Assembly: GCA_947036475.1 (NCBI GenBank) | Contig: CAMQRG010000001.1 | Coordinates: 1-33,159, forward strand | DNA: 33,159 nucleotides | Direction: 5' to 3' | Source: an uncultured Clostridia bacterium | Lineage (GTDB): Bacteria; Bacillota; Clostridia; Lachnospirales; Anaerotignaceae | Shown here: in pieces, positions 8,549-16,757 of the stretch | How the letters are laid out: each line of letters opens with the position of its first letter | Position numbering within the stretch: position 1 is the first letter of the stretch | Notes under the pieces: generated by a model | The model's input: the letters and a program-made list of their open reading frames with translations, nothing else | What the model was told of the DNA's origin: nothing | Databases searched by the model: none | Translations under genes and position numbers: made by a program

Positions 8549-9697
8549 CTACAAAAGAAATTCCCCAAACACCACATTGCTTACATCTACACCGCGGCGC
8601 GTCAGGCGTATTCCTGCCCCATCTGCCGCAAGCAGCCCCCGCTGCGTCAGCTTTTCAATCTGGCTGCCATAGACGTCCTGCATTTTCCTGCCGAAACGCT
8701 CCCTGAAAGCGGCAAAGGTAACGCCTTCCGTCAGCCGCAGTCCAAGGAACATAAATTCCGCAAGCGCGTCCTGTTCCGAAATTTTTTCCCTGTCCTGTTC
8801 CAGCCGTTCCGGAATCCCCCCTGCCTGCATATATTCCTCAATGTCATAAGGGTTATGGAGCCTTTCCCCGTTCCAAAAGGAATGTGCGCCCAGCCCCAGC
8901 CCGAGATATTCCTCCGCCTGCCAGTAAATACGGTTATGGCGGCTCTGTCTGCCGGACTTGGCAAAGTTGGAAATCTCATACTGTGCATAGCCTTTTTCTG
9001 CAAGGAAATCTACCGCAAAATGGTACATTTCCCTGTCCAGGTCCTCTGGAACCGTTGTCAGCCTTCCTTCCTCCCATTCCTGGTAAAATGGCGTGCCCTC
9101 CTCCAAAATCAGGCTGTACGCCGAAATGTGTTCCGGTTCCAACGCCGCCGCCTGTTCCAGCGTTTCCTGCCATTCCGCCAGCGTCTGCCCCGGCAGGGCA
9201 AACATCAGGTCAACATTCACATTCTGAAAGCCTTCCTCCCGCACGATACGGTAATTCTCCAAAAATTTCTCAATGGTATGGATACGCCCCAGCCGCTTCA
9301 AAAGACGATTCTGCCACGCCTGTACGCCGATGCTCAGACGGTTGAAGCCCATGCCCCGCAGTGCCTGCGCCGTTTGGCGGCTCAGCGTGCCGGGGTTTGC
9401 CTCCGTCGTAATCTCCGCCCCTTCCGCAATATGGAACAATGCAAAAACCTCCCGCGCCAGCCGTTCCAAAAGCGGCAGAGGGAGTGCGGTCGGCGTACCT
9501 CCGCCAAAAAATACAGACTGAAATTCCCTGTCCTGACACGCCTGCGCACGCCGCCTGATTTCCGCCAAAAGCGACACCGTATAACGCTCCTGTAATTCCT
9601 CACGCCCCGCAAACGATGGGAAATCACAGTACAGGCATTTCTGTCTGCAAAACGGTATGTGTATATAAAGCCCAGCCGAAGCCCGCAAATGTATCAT
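8549..9697 (-). CDS. hemW: Radical SAM heme chaperone HemW (HemN-like)
   Basis: LYIHIPFCRQKCLYCDF, GGGTPT and YEISNF motifs; usual neighbour of hrcA. Start approximate (ATG 9697 or TTG 9688). Confidence 0.93.
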   Translation of the reverse strand: MIHLRASAGLYIHIPFCRQKCLYCDFPSFAGREELQERYTVSLLAEIRRRAQACQDREFQSVFFGGGTPTALPLPLLERLAREVFALFHIAEGAEITTEANPGTLSRQTAQALRGMGFNRLSIGVQAWQNRLLKRLGRIHTIEKFLENYRIVREEGFQNVNVDLMFALPGQTLAEWQETLEQAAALEPEHISAYSLILEEGTPFYQEWEEGRLTTVPEDLDREMYHFAVDFLAEKGYAQYEISNFAKSGRQSRHNRIYWQAEEYLGLGLGAHSFWNGERLHNPYDIEEYMQAGGIPERLEQDREKISEQDALAEFMFLGLRLTEGVTFAAFRERFGRKMQDVYGSQIEKLTQRGLLAADGAGIRLTRRGVDVSNVVFGEFLL

Positions 9698-9896
9698 CCT
9701 TTCTTCATTTCTCTGTTTCTCATCATACCACAAAACAAAGGCGGAAGGAATGAAAATATATCCTCCGAAGCTATGACAAAAGCGGAAAATCAAGAATTTT
9801 TCCGGTTTTTGCCCTGATTTTCGGTATATTGTTTGCGGCTCCTTCAAAATTCATGTTATACTGTAATTATATAATAAAACAGAGGTGAACAAACAA

Positions 9897-10307
9897 ATGA
9901 TTTTGATAGTATGCACAGATGATGACAACGGCATGGCATTTGCGAACCGCAGACAAAGTCAGGACAGGCTTCTGCGGGAACGGCTCCTGCGGCTTTCCGG
10001 CGGAAAACTCTGGCTGAACGCCTATTCCGCGAAGCAGTTTTCTCCGGAAGAAAGCGCAGATTTTACAATAGATGAAGGCTTTCTGGAACATGCAGGCGCA
10101 GATAATTTCTGCTTTGCAGAAACCACAGACCCCGCACCGTATGAGGAACGCATAGAAAAGCTCATACTTTACCGCTGGAACCGCAGATATCCCGCCAGCC
10201 TGCATTTTTCCATACCGCTTGCGGAACATGGCTGGAAACGCGTTTCCGCAGAAGATTTCAAAGGCCATTCCCATGAAACGATTACAGAGGAGGTTTATGT
10301 CAAATGA
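9897..10307 (+). CDS. Hypothetical protein with DHFR-like N- and C-terminal patterns
   Basis: GAGGTG RBS; MILIVCTDDDNGM start and KLILYRWNRRYPASLHF...WKRVS...EVY end; ATGA overlap with the next gene. Confidence 0.75.
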   Translation: MILIVCTDDDNGMAFANRRQSQDRLLRERLLRLSGGKLWLNAYSAKQFSPEESADFTIDEGFLEHAGADNFCFAETTDPAPYEERIEKLILYRWNRRYPASLHFSIPLAEHGWKRVSAEDFKGHSHETITEEVYVK

Positions 10308-11182
10308 AAAAACAAAAAATATTTCTGCCGCTGATACTTGTTCTTTCTCTGCTGTTCAGCGCATGTTCCGGCGTTAACGCCAGCGTTTCACAGCCCGCCC
10401 CCGCGCAGACTGCTACACTGGAATCCCTGCCGGAGTATGACGGCGTGCCGTTTGTCGAAATCAACGGCAATATCCCTCTGTTCAGTGAGGAGGATTTTGT
10501 AACAGAATCTTATGAAACATACAGTGAACTGGATTCTCTGGGCCGCTGCGGCGTTGCCATTGCCAATATCGGCGTCGACCTGATGCCGACCGAAGAACGC
10601 AAATCCATCGGACAGGTAAAGCCCAGCGGCTGGCAGACCATGAAATATGACTTTGTGGAAGGGAAATACCTTTATAACCGCTGCCATCTCATTGGGTTCC
10701 AGCTGACAGGCGAAAATGCGAACGCGGGCAACCTGATTACCGGAACACGCTACCTGAACGTGGACGGCATGCTGCCATTTGAAAACATGGCTGCCGACTA
10801 CATAAAAGAAACGGAGAACCATGTCCTCTATCGCGTAACGCCCGTTTTCACAGGGGAAAACCTTGTAGCTGACGGCGTGCTGATTGAAGCGCAGTCTGTG
10901 GAAGATGACGGCGAGGGCATCTGCTTCTGCGTTTATTGCTATAACGTACAGCCGGGCGTCGCGATTGATTACGCCACAGGCGACAGCCGCGCCGCTGACA
11001 GCGCGGAACCCGAAACCGGCAAAACAATGGAATATGTTCTGAACACAAGTTCCAAAAAATTCCATAAGCCCGATTGTTCCGGCGTGGGAAAACTGAAAGA
11101 AGAAAACCGCAAAAACTATTCCGGCACGCGGGAGAAACTGACTGCCGACGGTTACGAGCCCTGCGGCATCTGCAAGCCGTAA
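10304..11182 (+). CDS. Lipoprotein DNA/RNA non-specific endonuclease (EndA/streptodornase-like) with C-terminal Ada-like Zn module
   Basis: Lipobox FSAC; LDSLGRC, YNRCHLIG and NLITGTRYLN motifs; C-terminal KKFHKPDC...PCGICKP. Confidence 0.9.
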   Translation: MKKQKIFLPLILVLSLLFSACSGVNASVSQPAPAQTATLESLPEYDGVPFVEINGNIPLFSEEDFVTESYETYSELDSLGRCGVAIANIGVDLMPTEERKSIGQVKPSGWQTMKYDFVEGKYLYNRCHLIGFQLTGENANAGNLITGTRYLNVDGMLPFENMAADYIKETENHVLYRVTPVFTGENLVADGVLIEAQSVEDDGEGICFCVYCYNVQPGVAIDYATGDSRAADSAEPETGKTMEYVLNTSSKKFHKPDCSGVGKLKEENRKNYSGTREKLTADGYEPCGICKP

Positions 11183-11223
11183 AAACAACGTCGTTTTGAG
11201 GCGGAAAGCCGCAGAAATAATGC

Positions 11224-11252
11224 TTGTTGCGGATATGGACATATGATAGAAT
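11224..11252 (+). promoter_or_regulatory. Candidate sigma-A promoter for the ECF sigma operon
   Basis: TTGTTG-17 nt-TAGAAT with an extended -10 TG. Confidence 0.5.
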
Positions 11253-11264
11253 GAGATAGAACAG

Positions 11265-11303
11265 TGACGGCAGGGGTAAAAAGACGCTGCCGTCAGCTTT
11301 TTT
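11265..11303 (+). terminator. Terminator-like hairpin immediately before the sigma-factor RBS
   Basis: TGACGGCAG / CTGCCGTCA stem, then GCTTTTTT; GGAGG starts 4 nt later. Confidence 0.55.
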
Positions 11304-11320
11304 GAACGGAGGTGACAGAT

Positions 11321-11965
11321 GTGGATATGCCGATGACAGAGCAGTCGGAAAAAATACTGATTTCTCTGGCCAAACGCGGAGATATGGCGGCGTTTGAACA
11401 GCTTGTGCTTGCACATGAAAAAAGGGTTTATAATATCGCGCTGCGCATGGCTGGCAGCAGTGAGGACGCAAAGGATATTTCGCAGGAAGTCTTTTTGAAG
11501 GTTTTCCGGAGTATCCCCAATTTTGATGAACGCGCCGCGTTTTCCACATGGATTTACAGGATAACGGTAAACGCCTGCATTGATGAAATGCGGAAACGCA
11601 AAGGCAAACCAAGCCTTTCTTTAGAACAGGAGATGCAGAACGAAGAAGGCGCATGGGCATTACAGATTGCCGATGAGCGGGAAACGCCGGAGGAGGCACT
11701 CATGCGGCAGGAAAAACAACGGGAAATACTGCTTGCTATGGAAAAGCTCTCCCCTGAACATAAAGCGGCTGTAACGCTGCGCGATATCCGCGGATTTTCC
11801 TATGAGGAAATCGCAGAAGCGCTGGAAATGCCTTTGGGTACAGTAAAATCCCGCATCTGCCGCGCGCGCAGTCAATTAAAAGAAGAAATATTAAAAAACA
11901 GGGAACGGAATGGCGTTTCGCTCCGTCATAAGAAAAGAAAGGAGGGACGGTTCCATGAAGTGTAA
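11321..11965 (+). CDS. ECF RNA polymerase sigma-70 factor
   Basis: Region 2 (DAKDISQEVFLKVF, FSTWIYRI) and region 4 (SYEEIAEALEMPLGTVKSRI). Start GTG 11321 or ATG 11327. Confidence 0.95.
   Translation: MDMPMTEQSEKILISLAKRGDMAAFEQLVLAHEKRVYNIALRMAGSSEDAKDISQEVFLKVFRSIPNFDERAAFSTWIYRITVNACIDEMRKRKGKPSLSLEQEMQNEEGAWALQIADERETPEEALMRQEKQREILLAMEKLSPEHKAAVTLRDIRGFSYEEIAEALEMPLGTVKSRICRARSQLKEEILKNRERNGVSLRHKKRKEGRFHEV
11902..11927 (+). promoter_or_regulatory. ECF-type promoter inside the 3' end of the sigma gene
   Basis: GGAAC-17 nt-CGTC, 27 nt before the anti-sigma ATG. Confidence 0.6.
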
Positions 11966-13067
11966 AGAATGCAGGGATCTTCTCTGGATCTATATGGAGT
12001 GGGAAACAACGCCAGAAGAATCCGCGGAAATCAAGGCACATCTGGCAGAATGTCCGGAATGCCGAAAAGCCGCGTCAGAACATATGGCCGTTATGGAAAC
12101 GCTGCGTTCCCTCCCCGAAGCGGAGCTGCCGGAGGGCTACCATGCAGAACTGATGCAGAAAATTGCGGCGGCCGGCTCTTTGGCGGAGGAAACAGACGAA
12201 TCGGACGAAACAGCAATATTGCCGAACCACGTCAGCACGCCCCCTGTGGAGTGGAAAGTCGTGCGGAAAACGGAGATTCTGCAAAAAGCAAAAGCAGAAA
12301 AAAAACAACGCAAAAAACAGCGGCACGGCTGGAAAGGGCTGAGCCTTGTAGCAGCGGCTGTTCTGGTCGTTGCGGCTGTCGGAGGAATCAACGGCGCCAT
12401 GAATATGCGACAAACTCCGTCGGAACCTGTACAGCTTACGTCCAACCTGCCTGACGAGGGCGGAGCGGAAAACGTCCAAACGGACACCGCGCCGGAAGAT
12501 GCTGCGGCACTTGTCACGGCAGCGGGCGGCATGGAGAAAACAGCGCAGACGCCAAATGCAGATTTGGAAAATATGCCCGCAGCAGAAGATACGGCACGCA
12601 TCATGACAAATGAAGCGGTAAACACAGCACCGCAGGAACCTGCACAGCCCGAGCCGGAAAGCACACCGAATCCTATGCTCCGCTCCGCACCTGTGCCGGA
12701 AACCGCATCGCTGTCTGCACCAACGGCTGCACCTGCTCTGGCAAAAGCCGCAGACGAAAAGGAATCCGCAGAAAACAGCATTGCGCCGGATTCTGCGGCA
12801 GAAGCGAAATCGGGTGATTCACTGAAACTGCGCCCGCAAAACAGCGGCACGGACATATACGGCTCTGTGCTTCAGGCAGCAGAAAATCATGCGGGTTTCG
12901 AGGAAAGTGCGGACGGCTCCAGCATTTCCGTTATGATTCCTGTGGAAAATTTAGGAGCATTTTTGTCAGAGCTGGGCACTATCGGCGAAATCGAATGGCA
13001 GACACAGGGACAGGAAGAAGTCGGCGCAACATACCGGCGTGTTGAAATCCTGCTGGAAACAGAATGA
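11955..13067 (+). CDS. ZAS-type (zf-HC2) transmembrane anti-sigma factor
   Basis: MKCKEC...HLAECPEC motif, one TM helix, long Ala/Pro/Glu-rich extracytoplasmic linker and small C-terminal domain; AGGAGG RBS. Confidence 0.9.
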   Translation: MKCKECRDLLWIYMEWETTPEESAEIKAHLAECPECRKAASEHMAVMETLRSLPEAELPEGYHAELMQKIAAAGSLAEETDESDETAILPNHVSTPPVEWKVVRKTEILQKAKAEKKQRKKQRHGWKGLSLVAAAVLVVAAVGGINGAMNMRQTPSEPVQLTSNLPDEGGAENVQTDTAPEDAAALVTAAGGMEKTAQTPNADLENMPAAEDTARIMTNEAVNTAPQEPAQPEPESTPNPMLRSAPVPETASLSAPTAAPALAKAADEKESAENSIAPDSAAEAKSGDSLKLRPQNSGTDIYGSVLQAAENHAGFEESADGSSISVMIPVENLGAFLSELGTIGEIEWQTQGQEEVGATYRRVEILLETE

Positions 13068-13090
13068 TATTCACAGGAAGGCGGTCGGAA

Positions 13091-13348
13091 ATGAAAGAAA
13101 TCCGGAATTTCGAGCAAATCAAAAATGTAGAGCAGATGGTCTTAAAATCCGCCCTCAGCCTGTTTCCGGCATCAGAGCTGGTAAAAGCAGGTATGGGCGC
13201 ATCGCCTGAGGTGAACCGTCTGCTGAGAAAGCTGTTCCCTGGAATTGATTTTGAAGCAGAATGCCGGAGGATTTCAGCGGTAAGAATTGAGGAAGTGGAG
13301 CGTATCCAAGCTGAAATCGTCCGGACGGTCAACAACTGGCATGACTGA
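13091..13348 (+). CDS. Stand-alone FliG C-terminal-domain-like protein
   Basis: FEQI...L...EL..A..GASPE...AVRIEEVERIQAEIV aligns by eye, nearly ungapped, with the FliG_C pattern FEDI...DLALALKGASxE...PVRLxDVExAQxxI. Alternative start at 13064. Confidence 0.65.
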   Translation: MKEIRNFEQIKNVEQMVLKSALSLFPASELVKAGMGASPEVNRLLRKLFPGIDFEAECRRISAVRIEEVERIQAEIVRTVNNWHD

Positions 13349-13366
13349 CCAAAGGAGGTACATGAC

Positions 13367-14050
13367 ATGAAAAAATGGCTTCTCACGCTGGCGGCAGCAG
13401 GGCTGTTCACAATGCCGGCACTTGCCGCAAATGCGCAGGTGCTTACTATGGAGCATACAGCCATAGTCGTAAACGGGGAAATGCAGACAGAACGGAATGT
13501 TAGAAATATTTTTGAGCAAAATAATATTACCATGCTTCCGGTGCGGCAGATGGCGGCGCAGTGCGGCATTACGGCGGAAAGCGGCAGTTCTGCCCTGCCC
13601 TTTGTGCAGGCTGTTGCGGAGCAGGCCGGCCTGAAAATGCGATGGAATGGGAATACAAAAACGGCATATTTTATGGACAAAGACCGTATCCTCCATGAAA
13701 GCGGCAGTCTGCGTGCGGGCGTGCTCCTGCCGGAAGGCTGTGCAAAAAATGTTTTTCATGTTCTGGAAAGCCAGAATGACGTAACCGCGATGCTTCATTT
13801 TTACGACCCGTCAGTCGAAATGCTTGTCTTTTCTCTGGCGCGGTTTGATTTGCAGGACTGGGAAAATGAAATCAGGGAAAATTTTGCAGTCCCCTACACA
13901 GAAATTTACAGAGATAACAATGCAGTCTGGCTCTGTGTGAATGCCTCTGATGTGCAGTATGACCCCGCTAATGCGGAACAGAAAGCAGAATATGAAGCTC
14001 TGTTGGCGTACAAAGAAGAAATCTGCGCTGGTTTTTATACCTTCGCTTGA
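13367..14050 (+). CDS. Secreted protein with a copper-amine-oxidase N-terminal-like (stalk) domain
   Basis: Signal peptide (PALA-A); IVVNG..., TMLPVR..A and AEQAGLKMRWNGNTKTAY pattern. Confidence 0.7.
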   Translation: MKKWLLTLAAAGLFTMPALAANAQVLTMEHTAIVVNGEMQTERNVRNIFEQNNITMLPVRQMAAQCGITAESGSSALPFVQAVAEQAGLKMRWNGNTKTAYFMDKDRILHESGSLRAGVLLPEGCAKNVFHVLESQNDVTAMLHFYDPSVEMLVFSLARFDLQDWENEIRENFAVPYTEIYRDNNAVWLCVNASDVQYDPANAEQKAEYEALLAYKEEICAGFYTFA

Positions 14051-14097
14051 CAATGGTATATACGGATAAAATGTTTTTCAGGGATTGGAGAAAATAT

Positions 14098-14322
14098 ATG
14101 AAAAAATCAGTTGGGCTAATAGGAATGATTGGGGGCGGGCTCTGCCTGTCTTTGGAAATTTACATGCTGAGAGTCCTGCAGGGTTTAGAAAAGGCTGCCG
14201 GTTCATGGCATACTAATGCATGGCGTTATGCAGAAAGCGGTCCCTGTCTGGCTGCCCTGATACTGACAGCTTTGATTATCATTGCTTCGGCTGCCGTTCT
14301 TGCGGTCGGAAAAGATGAATAA
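14098..14322 (+). CDS. Small two-TM membrane protein
   Basis: GGAG RBS, MKK start, two hydrophobic segments. Confidence 0.65.
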   Translation: MKKSVGLIGMIGGGLCLSLEIYMLRVLQGLEKAAGSWHTNAWRYAESGPCLAALILTALIIIASAAVLAVGKDE

Positions 14323-14324
14323 CG

Positions 14325-14361
14325 AAAAAGCGGCTTTCCTTTTTGAGAAGCCGCTATTTTT
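14325..14361. terminator. Bidirectional intrinsic terminator
   Basis: AGCGGCTT / AAGCCGCT stem with an A run before and a T run after, between convergent genes. Confidence 0.7.
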
Positions 14362-14364
14362 CTG

Positions 14365-15495
14365 TTATTCCGTTTCCTCCGGCTGGTAGTAGCAGATTGA
14401 GCCGCGGTTTTTCTTCGCTTCATAAAGCGCGTGGTCCGCATGCTGCACCCATTCCGAAGGGGTGATTTTTCTATCATACTGCGCCAGCCCAAAGCTGACA
14501 TTAACTTCAGCATATTTCTTACAGAGGTCATTCCCAAGGAATTTTTCCTGCGCCGCCTTGCAGCGTTCCTCCACCTGTTTTCGGGTACAGCCCGTAAAAA
14601 GCAGGCAGAACTCGTCCCCGCCGAAACGGAACGCCTCCGCGTCCGGCACATGGTCCAGCACCTTGCCAAGAGCCTGCAGGTAGGAATCTCCGACCAGATG
14701 CCCATAAGTATCGTTTACATTCTTAAAATAATCAATATCCAGCATTGCAAGAATATATTCCGTTCCCGTTTTATCCGCAATAACCCTGTCAAAACTCAGG
14801 CGGAGCGCATTGCGGTTATGCACACCTGTCAGCGTATCGGTCATGATTTTCTGGAAAAGCTGCACATTTTCCCGCTCCTGCTGTATGCTGAGCGCATTTT
14901 TCTCCCGTTCAATGGCAATCATCACAAGGCAGATGATGTAAAACGCTCCCAACGCAATCAGGGATACGATAAAGTTCTGGCGTTCCAGCCGGAAATCTAT
15001 CGCTGAGGAAAGCGAGCGTATCGGGTATGCCGCCGGACTGATATCCGAAATGACTTTCAGAATAATGCTCAAAGCCGTCACAACGCTTGTCATGACCACA
15101 TCGCCGTATGCAGTTGTCAGCAGTATGGCGATAGCAAAAAAGATATACAGAGACGGAAACTGGATATGTGTAGAATACACAATGAACGCAAAAAACATAT
15201 GCATCAGCGATACGGCATATGCCATCACGCGGTTGTGTTTCATAAACCGCCAGACGCCCAGCACAATACAGACGGCAACAATATCCAGACCTGTTGGCAG
15301 CAGCACGCACCTGTATAAATACGCTGTCTGCCCATCTTGCAAAAGCCCCGCGCTCTCCTCCACAAAATACAGCACGACCTCCAAAACAGCAATCAAAAAA
15401 GCCATTCCCACTCCCGCTAAGAAATGGCGGCGCAGTAATTTATCCGCGATCTCTTTTCGGCCTTCCCTGAAGGCACTGGTAGCAACCATGTTCAT
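14365..15495 (-). CDS. Membrane-bound diguanylate cyclase
   Basis: About six TM helices, then DTLTGVHNR, LDIDYFKNVNDTYGHLVGD and RFGGDEF. Start moved to MNMV (GGAGG RBS). Confidence 0.93.
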   Translation of the reverse strand: MNMVATSAFREGRKEIADKLLRRHFLAGVGMAFLIAVLEVVLYFVEESAGLLQDGQTAYLYRCVLLPTGLDIVAVCIVLGVWRFMKHNRVMAYAVSLMHMFFAFIVYSTHIQFPSLYIFFAIAILLTTAYGDVVMTSVVTALSIILKVISDISPAAYPIRSLSSAIDFRLERQNFIVSLIALGAFYIICLVMIAIEREKNALSIQQERENVQLFQKIMTDTLTGVHNRNALRLSFDRVIADKTGTEYILAMLDIDYFKNVNDTYGHLVGDSYLQALGKVLDHVPDAEAFRFGGDEFCLLFTGCTRKQVEERCKAAQEKFLGNDLCKKYAEVNVSFGLAQYDRKITPSEWVQHADHALYEAKKNRGSICYYQPEETE

Positions 15496-15731
15496 ACCGC
15501 TTTTTTCCTCCGCTTTCCTGCCGCTTTTTTCCGTTCCAAGGCTGTCTGCGCAGCAAATTCCCGCAGAAAATCCCTGGCAATATTTATGTAAAAACATGAT
15601 ACCATAAACCTCGAAAAAGTACAATAGCGTTTCCATCGTTTCGTGAAAATGCGCACAAAGTGTTTTATCTCCCCATTCTTTAAGAAAAACGAAATATTTT
15701 CTGTGGAAACCCTTACATTTCCCCTCTTTCA

Positions 15732-15761
15732 TTGACGTTGTGGGAAAAATCGTTTTATAAT
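15732..15761 (+). promoter_or_regulatory. sigma-A promoter for the moxR operon
   Basis: TTGACG-18 nt-TATAAT. Confidence 0.6.
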
Positions 15762-15797
15762 TGAAGCAGTAAAACAAAACAGAGAGGAGCAACGTAT

Positions 15798-16757
15798 ATG
15801 ACAGAAGAAGCTATCCTCGCTTTCCGGCAGGATTTTGAAGCAATAGAACAGGAAATCGGCAAAGCCATCATCGGGCAGAAAGCATTGATACGGGATGTGT
15901 TGACCGCAATGGTTGCCGGAGGAAACGTTCTTTTGGAAGGGCTGCCCGGTCTGGGCAAAACCCAGCTGGTGAAAACCATCGGAAAGGTACTGGATTTACA
16001 GTTTTCGCGGATACAGTTCACGCCCGACCTCATGCCCGCCGACGTTACGGGTACGTCCGTCATGATAAAGGACGGGGAGGGCATGCGGATGGAGTTCCGG
16101 CAGGGACCGGTGTTTTCCAATATTGTTCTGGCGGACGAAATCAACCGCGCCACGCCCAAAACGCAGAGCGCATTGCTGGAAGCCATGCAGGAGCATACCG
16201 TCACGGGCGGCAGCACGACCTATGCCCTGCCGGAACCATTTTTTGTGCTGGCAACGCAGAACCCGCTGGAAAGCGAAGGCACTTACCCCCTGCCCGAAGC
16301 ACAGATGGACAGATTTTTGTTCAAGCTGGACGTTGGGTTCCCAAATAAAGAGGAACTGCTCAAAATCGTAATGATGACGACAACGGAAGGCCAGCAGGAG
16401 CCGCAGAAAGTCTGCGACGGCGCAAAACTGCTGGAACTGCGGCGCATTGCGCAGACTGTGCCTATTGCGGAGCCTGTGGCGGATTACATGATGGAAGTTA
16501 CGCTGAAAACACACCCTGAATACGAAGGCGCACCCGAAGATGTAAAAAAATACATCCGCTACGGCGCAAGCCCCAGAGGCGCGCAGGCAATCATGCAGGC
16601 GGCACGCATACTGGCACTGACGGAAGGACGCTACAATGTTTCCTATGAGGACGTCAGGGCGGCGGCAAAACCCGCCCTGCGCCACAGGCTGTTTTTGAAT
16701 TTTGAAGGCATTGCGGAAGGAAAAACCGTAGACGGGATTATCGAGGCGTTGTTATGA
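15798..16757 (+). CDS. moxR: MoxR-family AAA+ ATPase
   Basis: Walker A GLPGLGKT, RIQFTPDLMPAD, Walker B LADEINR, ATQNP.E.EGTYPLPEAQMDRF. Confidence 0.95.
   Translation: MTEEAILAFRQDFEAIEQEIGKAIIGQKALIRDVLTAMVAGGNVLLEGLPGLGKTQLVKTIGKVLDLQFSRIQFTPDLMPADVTGTSVMIKDGEGMRMEFRQGPVFSNIVLADEINRATPKTQSALLEAMQEHTVTGGSTTYALPEPFFVLATQNPLESEGTYPLPEAQMDRFLFKLDVGFPNKEELLKIVMMTTTEGQQEPQKVCDGAKLLELRRIAQTVPIAEPVADYMMEVTLKTHPEYEGAPEDVKKYIRYGASPRGAQAIMQAARILALTEGRYNVSYEDVRAAAKPALRHRLFLNFEGIAEGKTVDGIIEALL

Noticed and set aside
14047-14072. TTGACA...TAAAAT promoter before the small membrane gene
   Set aside because: Spacer is only 14 nt, too short for sigma-A.
15496-15797. c-di-GMP riboswitch upstream of the diguanylate cyclase
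   Set aside because: No recognisable class I or II core by eye; the region is explained by divergent promoters.
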